A stretch of 64,000 bases of DNA from Solirubrobacteraceae bacterium (lineage in GTDB: Bacteria; Actinomycetota; Thermoleophilia; Solirubrobacterales; Solirubrobacteraceae): positions 11,604-75,603 of the forward strand of contig DASZFY010000047.1 of the NCBI GenBank assembly GCA_035939335.1. The letters are read 5' to 3'. Shown one piece after another: positions 19,491 to 28,393 of this stretch. Position 1 is the stretch's first letter. Every line of letters begins with the position of its first letter. The translations under genes were made by a program, and so were the position numbers. The notes below the pieces were generated by a model that saw nothing but the letters and a program-made list of their open reading frames with translations, did not search any database and was not told the origin of the DNA.

Positions 19491-19566
19491 CGGCTACGTC
19501 ATAGCCAAGGGCCGATTGTCTCTAGCCGGCCAGCGCGCCGCCTCTGGCCCAATATCCTGCGCTGCG

Positions 19567-20811
19567 ATGTCTTCTGTGATCGTGATGAAGTTCGGCGGCA
19601 CGTCGGTGGCTGACGCGGAGCGCGTCAAGCGCGCGGCGCGGCGGATCGTGGACAAGCGCGAACAGGGCTATCAGGTGGTGGTGGTGCTGTCGGCGCGCGG
19701 CAAGACGACCGATGAGCTGATCGCGATGGCGGAGGAGATCTCGCCGGCGCCGGACCCGCGCGAGATGGACATGCTGCTGTCGACGGGCGAGCGGATCTCG
19801 TGTGCGCTGTGTGCGATGGCGATCAACGATCTCGGCCATCGGGCGATCTCGCTGACGGGCTCGCAGGCGGGCATCGTGACGGATGAGTCGCACACGAAGG
19901 CGCTGATCCTGGACGTGCGCGCGGACCGCATTCGCACGGGGCTGGAAGAGGACCACATCGTGCTGGTGGCGGGCTTCCAGGGCGTCTCAGAGAATGCGAG
20001 GAACGTCACGACGCTGGGTCGCGGCGGCTCGGACACGAGCGCGGTGGCGGTGGCGGCGGCGCTGGGCGCGGACGTGTGCGAGATCTATACGGACGTGGCG
20101 GGCGTGTACTCGGCGGACCCGCGGATCGTGCCGAACGCGCGCAAGCTGGAGACGGTGTCGTTCGAGGAGATGCTCGAGATGGCGGCGTCGGGAGCGGGCG
20201 TGCTGCAACTGCGCTCGGTCGAGTACGCGCGCAACCACGGCGTGCGTATCCACTGCCGCTCGTCCTTCGACGAGCAGCCCGGTACCTTTGTGGTTGCGGA
20301 AGAAGAGATGATGGAGCAGCCATTGATCACAGCGGTGACGCACTCGACCTCGGAAGCGCGGGTCACGCTGACGGGCGTGCCCGACACGCCGGGGGCGGCG
20401 GCGCGCATCTTCGACGCGATGGCCCAGGCGAACATCAACGTGGACATGATCGTCCAGAACGAGCCGGTGGCGGCGGGGGGGCAGGCGGAGATCTCGTTCA
20501 CGGTCCCGCGCGAGGACCTGCGCGTGGCGCGGGCGGCGCTGGAGCCGCTCGCGGGCGAGGCGTACGGGCAGATGACCACGCACGAGGACATGGGCAAGGT
20601 GTCGATCATCGGCGCGGGCATGCGCTCGCACCCGGGCGTGGCGGCGAAGGTGTTCGGCGTGCTGGCCGAAGAGGGCGTGAACATCGACATGATCTCGACG
20701 TCGCCGATCAAGATCTCGTGCGTGATCGACGTGGAGCGCGTGCCGAACGCGGTGCGGGCGCTGCATAGCGCGTTCGAGCTCTCGGGCGAGGACACGGTCG
20801 CGGTCGAGTAG
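19567..20811 (+). CDS. lysC: Aspartate kinase
   Basis: [28 protein letters not shown], two ACT domains. Confidence 0.97.
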   Translation: MSSVIVMKFGGTSVADAERVKRAARRIVDKREQGYQVVVVLSARGKTTDELIAMAEEISPAPDPREMDMLLSTGERISCALCAMAINDLGHRAISLTGSQAGIVTDESHTKALILDVRADRIRTGLEEDHIVLVAGFQGVSENARNVTTLGRGGSDTSAVAVAAALGADVCEIYTDVAGVYSADPRIVPNARKLETVSFEEMLEMAASGAGVLQLRSVEYARNHGVRIHCRSSFDEQPGTFVVAEEEMMEQPLITAVTHSTSEARVTLTGVPDTPGAAARIFDAMAQANINVDMIVQNEPVAAGGQAEISFTVPREDLRVARAALEPLAGEAYGQMTTHEDMGKVSIIGAGMRSHPGVAAKVFGVLAEEGVNIDMISTSPIKISCVIDVERVPNAVRALHSAFELSGEDTVAVE

Positions 20812-20885
20812 CCCCCGACTCGCCAAGCCGCTTTCTGCAAGAATCGTTGCTTAAGTAAGGCTTGACTCGTCTGAAAAGGACCGCT

Positions 20886-21086
20886 ATGCGCACAGCTAAA
20901 CGACCACGTCGATATGTAGCCAGCCATTGGCTGCTGCTGGCGCGGCCGGCGTTTCGTTACAGCGCGGCGCGTGATGCGTACGTGCTGCGCGTGGTCGGGC
21001 GCCGCGTCGGCCCGGTGCTGCGCCAGGACCGGCGCCGCGAGAAGCGCTTCGACGGCGTCGAGCGCCGCCACACCAGCGTCGCCTGA
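20886..21086 (+). CDS. Small Arg-rich hypothetical protein
   Basis: 66 aa; AAGGA SD-like sequence before ATG; fills the gap between ask and a convergent gene. Confidence 0.55.
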   Translation: MRTAKRPRRYVASHWLLLARPAFRYSAARDAYVLRVVGRRVGPVLRQDRRREKRFDGVERRHTSVA

Positions 21087-21149
21087 CACTCCGGCCGCTG
21101 CACGAGCGACCTCTGCCCTCGACGGGCGCGGGCCCGTAACGCCGGGACG

Positions 21150-22145
21150 TCAGTCGCCGTCGAGCGAGCGCTGCAGCGCCTCGAGCACGCGCACGACGCG
21201 CAACCCACTGTGCCCGTCCGAGCGCGGCGTCTGGCCGGTGCGCACGCAGTGCACGAAGTGCTCGCACTCGACGCGCAGCGGCTCGACGTTGGGTATGCGC
21301 GGAGAGAACGTGTCTCCCGAGCGGGCGATGTACTCGCCCCACGAGCGCGTGTCCTCGTCGAAGCCCTTGTCGTAGATGGTGAGCTTGCCCTCGATGAGCA
21401 TGTCGTCGAACGTGGCCATGCGGCGCTCGCCGACGACGGTTAGGCGCCGCTCCTTGTGCGGGTCGAGCCACGAGAGATGCAGGTGGGCGACGATCCCGGA
21501 GGGGAAGCGCAGGTAGCAGAAGACGACGTCCTGGACGCCCTCGCGCACGTAGCTCGCGCCCTTGGCGACGCATTCTTGGGGCTCTTCGTCGATCAGGTGC
21601 AGCACCACGGACACGTCGTGCGCGCCGAGGCTCCACAGCGCGTTCTCGTCGGCCCGCAGCTTGCCGAGGTTGAGGCGGTTGCCATAGATGTAGTACAGCC
21701 CGCCGAGCTCCTGCCCGTCGATCAGCTCCTTCAGCCGGGCGACCGCGGGGTGGTACTCGAGCAGGTGGCCGACCATCAGGATCGTGCCGGCGTCGGCGGC
21801 GGCGGCGACCGCGCGTTCTGCGTCGGCGGCGGTGGTGGCGAGCGGCTTCTCGACGAAGCAGTGCTTGCCGGCGGCGGCGACCGCGACGGCGAGCTCGGCG
21901 TGCGTGGGCACAGGCGTGGCGAGCACGACGGCGTCGAGCTGCGGGTCGTCGAGCAGATCGTGCAGCTCGCCGGTGGAGCGCGCGGTGGGGAACGAGCGCT
22001 CCAGCCGCGCGCGTGTGTCCGGCGAGGCGTCGCACAGCCATGCGAGCTCGCAGCCGGGGAAGGCGGCGAAGTTGCGCGCGAGGTTGGGGCCCCAGTAGCC
22101 GAGCCCGACGACACCAACGCGCACGACTTGCTGATCTTCGCTCAT
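21150..22145 (-). CDS. Gfo/Idh/MocA-family oxidoreductase
   Basis: GVVGLGYWG, HCFVEKP, GAHDVS. Confidence 0.93.
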   Translation of the reverse strand: MSEDQQVVRVGVVGLGYWGPNLARNFAAFPGCELAWLCDASPDTRARLERSFPTARSTGELHDLLDDPQLDAVVLATPVPTHAELAVAVAAAGKHCFVEKPLATTAADAERAVAAAADAGTILMVGHLLEYHPAVARLKELIDGQELGGLYYIYGNRLNLGKLRADENALWSLGAHDVSVVLHLIDEEPQECVAKGASYVREGVQDVVFCYLRFPSGIVAHLHLSWLDPHKERRLTVVGERRMATFDDMLIEGKLTIYDKGFDEDTRSWGEYIARSGDTFSPRIPNVEPLRVECEHFVHCVRTGQTPRSDGHSGLRVVRVLEALQRSLDGD

Positions 22146-22161
22146 TGGGGGAGCGTACGGC

Positions 22162-23226
22162 TCATAGCCGCTCGATCGCCTCCACGCAGCGCTGGGCCGC
22201 GTGCCCGTCGCCGTAGAGCTGCGGTCGCCTGGCGGGCGCCGGGCGCGCGAGCGCGGCGAGCGCGGCGTGGACGTCGAGGTCGACGAGCGTGTTCCAGCCG
22301 TTCTCGACGGTCTCGACCCACTCGGTGTTGGCTCGTAGCGTCACGCACGGCACCCCCGCGAGATACGCCTCCTTTTGCACGCCGCCGGAGTCGGTGAGCA
22401 CGGCGCGCGCATGGCACAGCAGCGCGGTGAACTCGATGTAGCCGAGCGGCTCGGTCAGCGTCACCGCGTCGCTGTCCTGCAGCGCGGCGAGCAGGCCGGC
22501 GTCGTGCAGGCGCGCGCGCGTGCGCGGATGCACGGGGAACAGCACGGGCGCGGGCAGCGCGTTGACGAGCTCGACGAGCGCGCGCAGGCGCTCGGGCGCG
22601 TCGACGTTGCCGGCGCGGTGCGCGGTGAGCAGCAGGTAGGAGCCTGTCTGCAGGCCATAGGCGGCGGGCGCGTCGGCGTTGGCACGCGCGGCGGGCCGCC
22701 AGCGCAAGGCGACGTCGACCATCACGTCGCCCACCACCGCCGCCCTGTCAGAAAGCGACTCCGCGGCCAGGTTCGCGGCGGCGGTCTGCGAGGAGCACAG
22801 CAGCAGCGCGCTGAGATGGTCGGTGAGCACGCGGTTGAGCTCCTCGGGCATGGCGCGGTCGAACGAGCGCATGCCCGCCTCTACGTGCACGACGGGGATG
22901 CCCGCCTGGGCGCCGGCGAGCGCGCCGGCGAGCGTGGAGTTGGTGTCGCCGTACACGAGCACGGCGTCGGGGCGCACCTGCGCGAGCAGAGGCTCGAGCG
23001 CGGCGAGCATACGAGCCGTCTGCGAAGTGTTGGAGCCGCCGGCGATGCCGAGCTCCATGTCGGGCCGCGCGAGGCCGAGCTCGGTGAAGAACACCCGCGA
23101 GAGCGAGTCGTCGTGATGCTGGCCGGTGTGAACGAGGATCTCCTCGTGGCGCGCGCGCAGCGGGCCCGATACGGCGGCCGCCTTGATGAATTGCGGCCGG
23201 TTGCCTACGACGGTGAGGATCCGCAC
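22162..23226 (-). CDS. wecB: UDP-N-acetylglucosamine 2-epimerase (non-hydrolysing)
   Basis: GNRPQFIK, HTGQH, VYGDTNS, HVEAGMRS, PEELNR, TDSGGVQKEA. Confidence 0.96.
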   Translation of the reverse strand: MRILTVVGNRPQFIKAAAVSGPLRARHEEILVHTGQHHDDSLSRVFFTELGLARPDMELGIAGGSNTSQTARMLAALEPLLAQVRPDAVLVYGDTNSTLAGALAGAQAGIPVVHVEAGMRSFDRAMPEELNRVLTDHLSALLLCSSQTAAANLAAESLSDRAAVVGDVMVDVALRWRPAARANADAPAAYGLQTGSYLLLTAHRAGNVDAPERLRALVELVNALPAPVLFPVHPRTRARLHDAGLLAALQDSDAVTLTEPLGYIEFTALLCHARAVLTDSGGVQKEAYLAGVPCVTLRANTEWVETVENGWNTLVDLDVHAALAALARPAPARRPQLYGDGHAAQRCVEAIERL

Positions 23227-23266
23227 GCGGATGAGGTGACGGGGGTCGTTCTCTTGATTATGCGTG

Positions 23267-23288
23267 CTGTATAGCCATCGTTATACAG
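23267..23288. repeat. Dispersed AT-rich palindrome, copy 3 (CTGTATAGC-CATC-GTTATACAG)
   Basis: Between the CCG-subunit stop and the wecB start. Confidence 0.85.
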
Positions 23289-23326
23289 AGAACAAAAAGG
23301 GACAACTCGTCGTCGGACGCCGCCCA

Positions 23327-24229
23327 TCAGGCCGCGGCGGCCACGACCGAGGTCGACCAGTCGATCACCGAGGTCGGTCGCACGACGTGGCGGCTGAGGC
23401 CGAGATCCTTGGGGTCGAGGCCGAGCGCGAGGCCGACCAGCTGCGGCAGATGCAGCACGGGCATTTTGAGCTCGCGCCCGACGGTGCCTTCGGCGAGCGG
23501 CTGCTGCAGGTCTAGGTTGAGGTGGCACAGCGGGCAGGGGGTGACGAGGCAGTCGGCGTCGGCGTCTACGGCATCGCCGAGATGGCGCCCAGCTTGCTTG
23601 AGCGAGGCTTCCTTGTTCATGGTGATGATCGGGAAGCCGCAGCACTTGCGCATGCCTGCGTACTCGATGACGGTGCCGCCGAGCGCGTCGATGACCTGGT
23701 CGAGGTACTGGTCGCGCGGGTGCTCGGCGTCGATGCCCAGGCGGTCGCGCGGACGCACGATGTAGCAGCCGTAGAAGGGCCCGACCTTGAGGTTGGTGAG
23801 CGGGCGCTTGACCTTCGCGCGCAGCGCGTCGAGCCCGATCTCCTCGACGAGCAGCCACAGGAAGTTCTTGTTGGTCAGGCCCTTCTCATACGACAGACCC
23901 TCACCGGCGAGCGTTGCGTTGACGTGCTGGCGGTACTCGGCGTTGGCGTCGAGGCGCTCCTGGCACTCGCTCTGTGCGCCCTGGCAGGTGGAGCAGATGT
24001 TCATCATCAGCTCCGCCCCCGCGACCTGTTGGGCGAGGGCGAAGGTGCGCGCGTTGAGCGTGTCGGCGAGCTCCTGGTTGTGCTCGGCGATCACCCCGGC
24101 TCCGGTGCAGCAGGCGCGGTCGAGCTCGACCAGCTCGATGTCCAGCATCGGCGCGACCTTGGCCATCGAGCCGTGTAGCTCGGGCGTGAAGCCGCGGCTT
24201 ACGCAGCCGGGCCAGTAGGCGACCTTCAT
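23327..24229 (-). CDS. CCG-domain (HdrB-like) subunit, probable membrane-association subunit of a type-E succinate:quinone reductase
   Basis: ATG 24229 overlaps the sdhB stop; two CCG domains (YWPGC..CCTG..CSTC; FYGC..CCG..CPLC). Confidence 0.9.
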   Translation of the reverse strand: MKVAYWPGCVSRGFTPELHGSMAKVAPMLDIELVELDRACCTGAGVIAEHNQELADTLNARTFALAQQVAGAELMMNICSTCQGAQSECQERLDANAEYRQHVNATLAGEGLSYEKGLTNKNFLWLLVEEIGLDALRAKVKRPLTNLKVGPFYGCYIVRPRDRLGIDAEHPRDQYLDQVIDALGGTVIEYAGMRKCCGFPIITMNKEASLKQAGRHLGDAVDADADCLVTPCPLCHLNLDLQQPLAEGTVGRELKMPVLHLPQLVGLALGLDPKDLGLSRHVVRPTSVIDWSTSVVAAAA

Positions 24230-25359
24230 TGGTTTGCGCTCCCTTCGGCGGCGACCGGGATCTCGGCGGCCGGCTCGGGCTCCTCGTCCTTGCCGGTGAT
24301 GTACAGGTTCAGCTCGTAGCGCTCGGGACGGCTCTCGATCTTGTCGTAGATCGCCTGCACGGCCTTGAGGTCCGCCTTGGGGATCTTGTGCGGTTTGAGT
24401 ATCCCGGCCAGGGTCATCTTGCGTCGCAGCAACCCATAGACGGCGACCGGCAGCGAGGACAGCAGCTCCTTGCCGGCGGCGGGCGCGAATTTCCCAAACC
24501 ATGAGGCGCCGCCGTAGGAGCGCGGCAGCAGCTCCGCCTCCCAAAGGATGCCGTTGTCGCGGATCAGCCCCGTAAACGCGGCCTCGTGGCGCTCGCCGTT
24601 GTTCTGATCGACGATGTGCTGGTCGTCGATTGCGATCCGCCGCAGGCGCATGATCTGGCCCATCGGGTTGACGCCCTTGGGGCATGCGTCGACGCACTTG
24701 AAGCAGTGCGTGCAGTCGAAGATCCCCTGCGGGTCCTGCGCGAGGTCGTTGAGGCGCTCGAACTGCTGGTCATCGCGCGGGTCGCCGACGAAGCGGTAGG
24801 CCTTGGCGAGCGCCGCGGGGCCGATGAAGCCGGGGTCGACCTCCATGGCGAGGCAGTCGGACACGCACGCGCCGCACTGGATGCAGGCCATCGTCTGGGT
24901 GACGTCGACCATGGACTCTTTGGAGACGATGTACTCGCGCTCGGGCACGGGCTGCTTGGCGAGCAGCCATGGCGTGACGCGCTGGATCTTCTTCCAGTGG
25001 ACCGCGTCCATGTCGACGATCAGGTCCTTGAGCACGGGCATGTTGCCCATGGGCTCGATCTCGATGACGCCGTCCTTGGCGCCGAGCTTGGCGGCGTCGA
25101 GGTGGGTGTGGCAGGCGAGGGCGGGCTGGCCGTTGACGCGCACGCCGCACGAGCCGCAGATCGCCTGGCGGCATGAGCAGCGGATGCCGATCGAGCCGTC
25201 GAAGCGGTCTTTGGCCTGCAGGACGGCCTCGAGCACCGAGCGGTGGGGCTCGAGCTCGATCGTGTGCTCGTCCCAGTAGGGCGCGCCGCCGGACTCGGGG
25301 TCGTAGCGGCGCAGCCTCAGCTTGAACTCCTCCGGTGGGCGATCGTGGACTTCGGCCAT
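24226..25359 (-). CDS. sdhB: Succinate dehydrogenase/fumarate reductase iron-sulfur subunit with C-terminal extension
   Basis: ATG 25359; SCRQAICGSC..LAC, CIQCGACVSDC, CTHCFKCVDACP. Confidence 0.93.
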   Translation of the reverse strand: MAEVHDRPPEEFKLRLRRYDPESGGAPYWDEHTIELEPHRSVLEAVLQAKDRFDGSIGIRCSCRQAICGSCGVRVNGQPALACHTHLDAAKLGAKDGVIEIEPMGNMPVLKDLIVDMDAVHWKKIQRVTPWLLAKQPVPEREYIVSKESMVDVTQTMACIQCGACVSDCLAMEVDPGFIGPAALAKAYRFVGDPRDDQQFERLNDLAQDPQGIFDCTHCFKCVDACPKGVNPMGQIMRLRRIAIDDQHIVDQNNGERHEAAFTGLIRDNGILWEAELLPRSYGGASWFGKFAPAAGKELLSSLPVAVYGLLRRKMTLAGILKPHKIPKADLKAVQAIYDKIESRPERYELNLYITGKDEEPEPAAEIPVAAEGSANQ

Positions 25360-27065
25360 CAGTATTTCCTCTCCTCGGGCTGCCACTGGGTGATGGTGAC
25401 CGGCGAGTAGCTGACCTTGGGCCCGCCCGCGCCACCGTCCCCGTCGAGCGAGATGTCGATGTGCTTGAGCCACTCCTGGTCGTTGCGCTCGGGGTAGTCG
25501 GTGCGGAACTGCGCGCCGCGCGACTCCTTGCGCTCGAGCGCCGCGACGACGGTGGCTTCGGCGCAGTCGATCATGTAGCCGAGCTCCATTGCGCCGAGCA
25601 CGTCCTGGTTGAAGACGGTGCCGCGGTCGTCGATCCAGGCATTGTCGGACTCCTCGCGCAGCCGGCCGATCGTCTCCAGCGCGCTCTGCAGCCCGGCCTC
25701 GTCGCGGAACACGGCCGCGTGGCGGTTCATCGTCTCGCCGAGCTCGTTCTTGATCTCCGACACGCGCCTGCCGTCGCGCGGGCGGGCGATGATCGCGTCG
25801 ATACGCGCGGCGTCCTCGATCAAGCGGGCGTTGACGTCGACGCTCGGCATGCCCATGCTGGCGGCGCGCGCGGCGGCGTGTTCGCCTGAGCGCCGGCCGA
25901 AGATCAGCGTGTCGAGCAGCGAGTTGGCGCCGAGGCGGTTGCCGCCGTGCACGGACACGCACGCGACCTCGCCGGCGGCGTATAGGCCGTCGATGGCGGT
26001 GCGCCCGTCGACGTCGGTCTTGACGCCGCCCATGATGTAGTGCTGGCCGGGGCGGATCGTGATCGGTTCGCGCGTGATGTCGACGCCTGCGAAGTCCTTG
26101 CCGAGGTTGACGATCTCGCGCAGCGCCTCGAGCGTGCGCTTGCGCGGCACGACGGTGACGTCGAGGTAGATGCCGGAGCCGTTGGGGCCGACGCCGCGGC
26201 CCTCGTTGATCTCGATCTGCTCGGCGCGCGAGACGACGTCGCGCGAGGCGAGCTCCATCTTGTTGGGCGCGGATTTCTCCATGAAGCGTTCGCCGTTGGC
26301 GTTCAGCAGGTGCGCGCCCTCGCCACGAGCGCCCTCGGTGATGAGGATGCCGGTCTCGACTAGGCACGTGGGGTGGTACTGGACCATCTCCATGTCCATC
26401 AGCGGCGCGCCGGCGCGGTAGGCCATGGCGATGCCGTCGCCGGTGACGATCAGGCCGTTGGTGGTCGGCTTGTACGCCTGCCCGGCGCCGCCGCACGCGA
26501 GGATCACGTTCTTGGCGGTGAACGCCTCCATGCGCCCGCTGCGCACGTCGCGCGCGATCGCCCCGCAGCAGCGGCCGGCGTCGTCGCGCAGCAGCGAGGT
26601 CGTGAACCACTCCTCGTAGCGCGCGACTGTCTCGTGGTGCTTGAGCAGCTGCTCGTAGAGCACGTGCAGCATCGCCTGGCCGGTGATGTCGGCGACGTAC
26701 GCGGTCCGCTTCATGGACGCGCCGCCGAAGGCGCGCAGGTCCATCTCGCCCTTGTCGTTGCGGTGGAAGGTGACGCCGATGTGCTCGAGGTGCATGACCT
26801 CGGCGGGAGCCTCGGAGCACATCACCTCGATCGCGTCCTGGTCGCCGAGGAAGTCTGAGCCCTTGACGGTGTCGTAGGCGTGCGAGCGCCAGTCGTCCTC
26901 GACGCTGATCGCGGCGTTGATGCCGCCGGCGGCAGCCACCGAGTGCGAGCGCACCGGGTGCACCTTGCTCATGATCGCCACGCTGGCGCCATCCTGCGCT
27001 GCGGCGAGCGCCGCGCGCTGCCCCGCGAGGCCGGCCCCGATGATCAAGACGTCGTGTGCTGGCAT
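25359..27065 (-). CDS. sdhA: Succinate dehydrogenase/fumarate reductase flavoprotein
   Basis: IIGAGLAG, RSHSVAAAGG (covalent-FAD His), QYHPT, TEGARGEG, HYIMGG, VHGGNRLGANSL, RKESRG. Confidence 0.96.
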   Translation of the reverse strand: MPAHDVLIIGAGLAGQRAALAAAQDGASVAIMSKVHPVRSHSVAAAGGINAAISVEDDWRSHAYDTVKGSDFLGDQDAIEVMCSEAPAEVMHLEHIGVTFHRNDKGEMDLRAFGGASMKRTAYVADITGQAMLHVLYEQLLKHHETVARYEEWFTTSLLRDDAGRCCGAIARDVRSGRMEAFTAKNVILACGGAGQAYKPTTNGLIVTGDGIAMAYRAGAPLMDMEMVQYHPTCLVETGILITEGARGEGAHLLNANGERFMEKSAPNKMELASRDVVSRAEQIEINEGRGVGPNGSGIYLDVTVVPRKRTLEALREIVNLGKDFAGVDITREPITIRPGQHYIMGGVKTDVDGRTAIDGLYAAGEVACVSVHGGNRLGANSLLDTLIFGRRSGEHAAARAASMGMPSVDVNARLIEDAARIDAIIARPRDGRRVSEIKNELGETMNRHAAVFRDEAGLQSALETIGRLREESDNAWIDDRGTVFNQDVLGAMELGYMIDCAEATVVAALERKESRGAQFRTDYPERNDQEWLKHIDISLDGDGGAGGPKVSYSPVTITQWQPEERKY

Positions 27066-27097
27066 GGCTCCCTGTTGTCGCTTTTGAGGAGGGGGAA

Positions 27098-27130
27098 GAG
27101 GGGAACTACAGGGGAACTAGAGGGGATTAC
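27098..27130. promoter_or_regulatory. Three 11-bp direct repeats upstream of sdhA
   Basis: GAGGGGAACTA CAGGGGAACTA GAGGGGATTAC, 33-65 bp upstream of the sdhA ATG. Regulatory role is inference. Confidence 0.4.
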
Positions 27131-27169
27131 GCGCAGGACTCTATAACGCGCGGCCTGAGGCGGCGGACC

Positions 27170-28342
27170 TCAGGTGGCTGGACGGGTCGGCTGGGCGGGG
27201 CGCAGCGCGCCCTGCACCTGCGCGAGCGTGACGACTCCGCGCAGCACCCCGTCCTTGTCGACGGCGACCATCGCGCCGAGCCTGCCGAGGCCTTCTGAGC
27301 CCAGCAGCGATTCCAGCGGCGCCTCTTCGCCGATCCGCACCGGCATGTCCTCCTCGAGCACGTCGACCACCGGCAGGGCGGGGCGTCCGGCGGCGATCTC
27401 GTTGTCGACGCGCTGCTGGCGCACGACGCCGAGGAAGTGCCCGGCGGGGTCGACGACGGCGAACCACGGCCAGCGGTAGCGCAGGAAAAACTGCTCCTGG
27501 GCGTCGAGCAGCGTGACGGCGGCCTGCATGGTGACGGGCTCGCGGTCCATGATGTCGGCGACGGTGATGTCCTTGATCCGCCGTCCGAGCCTGCCCTGCA
27601 CCACGGCGGCGCCGGCAGCCTGGTAGAGGAAGAACGCGAGCAGCATCGTGAGCAGCCCGATGGTGCCTTCGTTGTTGGAGAAGCGCCACAGCCCGAACAG
27701 GCCTACGGCGAGCGCGAACGCCTGACCGGAGCGCCCAGTCGCCTGCGTGGCGCGGTTGCGATCGCCGGTGCGCCACCAGATCAACGCGCGCGCGATCCGA
27801 CCACCATCGAGCGGGAACGCGGGGACGATGTTGAACACGAACAGCGCCGCGTTGATGAAGCCCAGCCAGCCGAGCAGCGCGAGCGCGGGCGTGGTCTTGA
27901 CGCTTGCGCTCGTGAGCGCGACGTCGGAGACGGTGCCGCTCCTGGCGAGCAAGGTGATCGCTCCGAGGCACAGGGCGAACAGCGCGAGCGTGACGGCGGG
28001 GCCGGCGACGGCGATCTTGAACTCCTCGCCTGCGCTGCCGGGCTCGCGGCGCATGCGTGAGAGCCCGCCGAACGCCCACAGGTCGATCCCCACGACCGGA
28101 ATTCCCAGGCGGCGTGCGGCGAGCGCGTGCCCGAGCTCGTGCAGGACCAGCGACGCGAAATAGCCGAGCGCGCCGGCGACGGCGACGACGTAGGCGGTCG
28201 TGCGCGAGCCGCTCATGATTTCGGGGAAGTAGTAGTTGGACAGCCAGTAGATCAGGACGAACAGCACGACGAACCAGCTCGCGCTGACGCCCACGCGGAT
28301 ACCGAGGATGCGGGCCAGCTGCATATTCCTGCGCGTGGGCAT
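27170..28342 (-). CDS. Site-2 protease (M50) with C-terminal CBS domains
   Basis: LHELGH, FNIVPAFPLDGG, VADIM CBS start. Confidence 0.94.
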   Translation of the reverse strand: MPTRRNMQLARILGIRVGVSASWFVVLFVLIYWLSNYYFPEIMSGSRTTAYVVAVAGALGYFASLVLHELGHALAARRLGIPVVGIDLWAFGGLSRMRREPGSAGEEFKIAVAGPAVTLALFALCLGAITLLARSGTVSDVALTSASVKTTPALALLGWLGFINAALFVFNIVPAFPLDGGRIARALIWWRTGDRNRATQATGRSGQAFALAVGLFGLWRFSNNEGTIGLLTMLLAFFLYQAAGAAVVQGRLGRRIKDITVADIMDREPVTMQAAVTLLDAQEQFFLRYRWPWFAVVDPAGHFLGVVRQQRVDNEIAAGRPALPVVDVLEEDMPVRIGEEAPLESLLGSEGLGRLGAMVAVDKDGVLRGVVTLAQVQGALRPAQPTRPAT

Positions 28343-28393
28343 GTCCTCAATGGTAGGCCCGTGGTGGCTTCGTGCCAGGCTCGAGCTGTGCGG

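Noticed and set aside
19456-19566. Lysine riboswitch before aspartate kinase
   Set aside because: The spacer is too short and a -10 box lies 8 nt from the ATG.
24226-26820. 864-aa SdhB fusion and 456-aa CCG protein in the ORF track
   Set aside because: The N-terminal extensions overlap upstream genes out of frame; true starts at 25359 and 24229 overlap the upstream stop codons.
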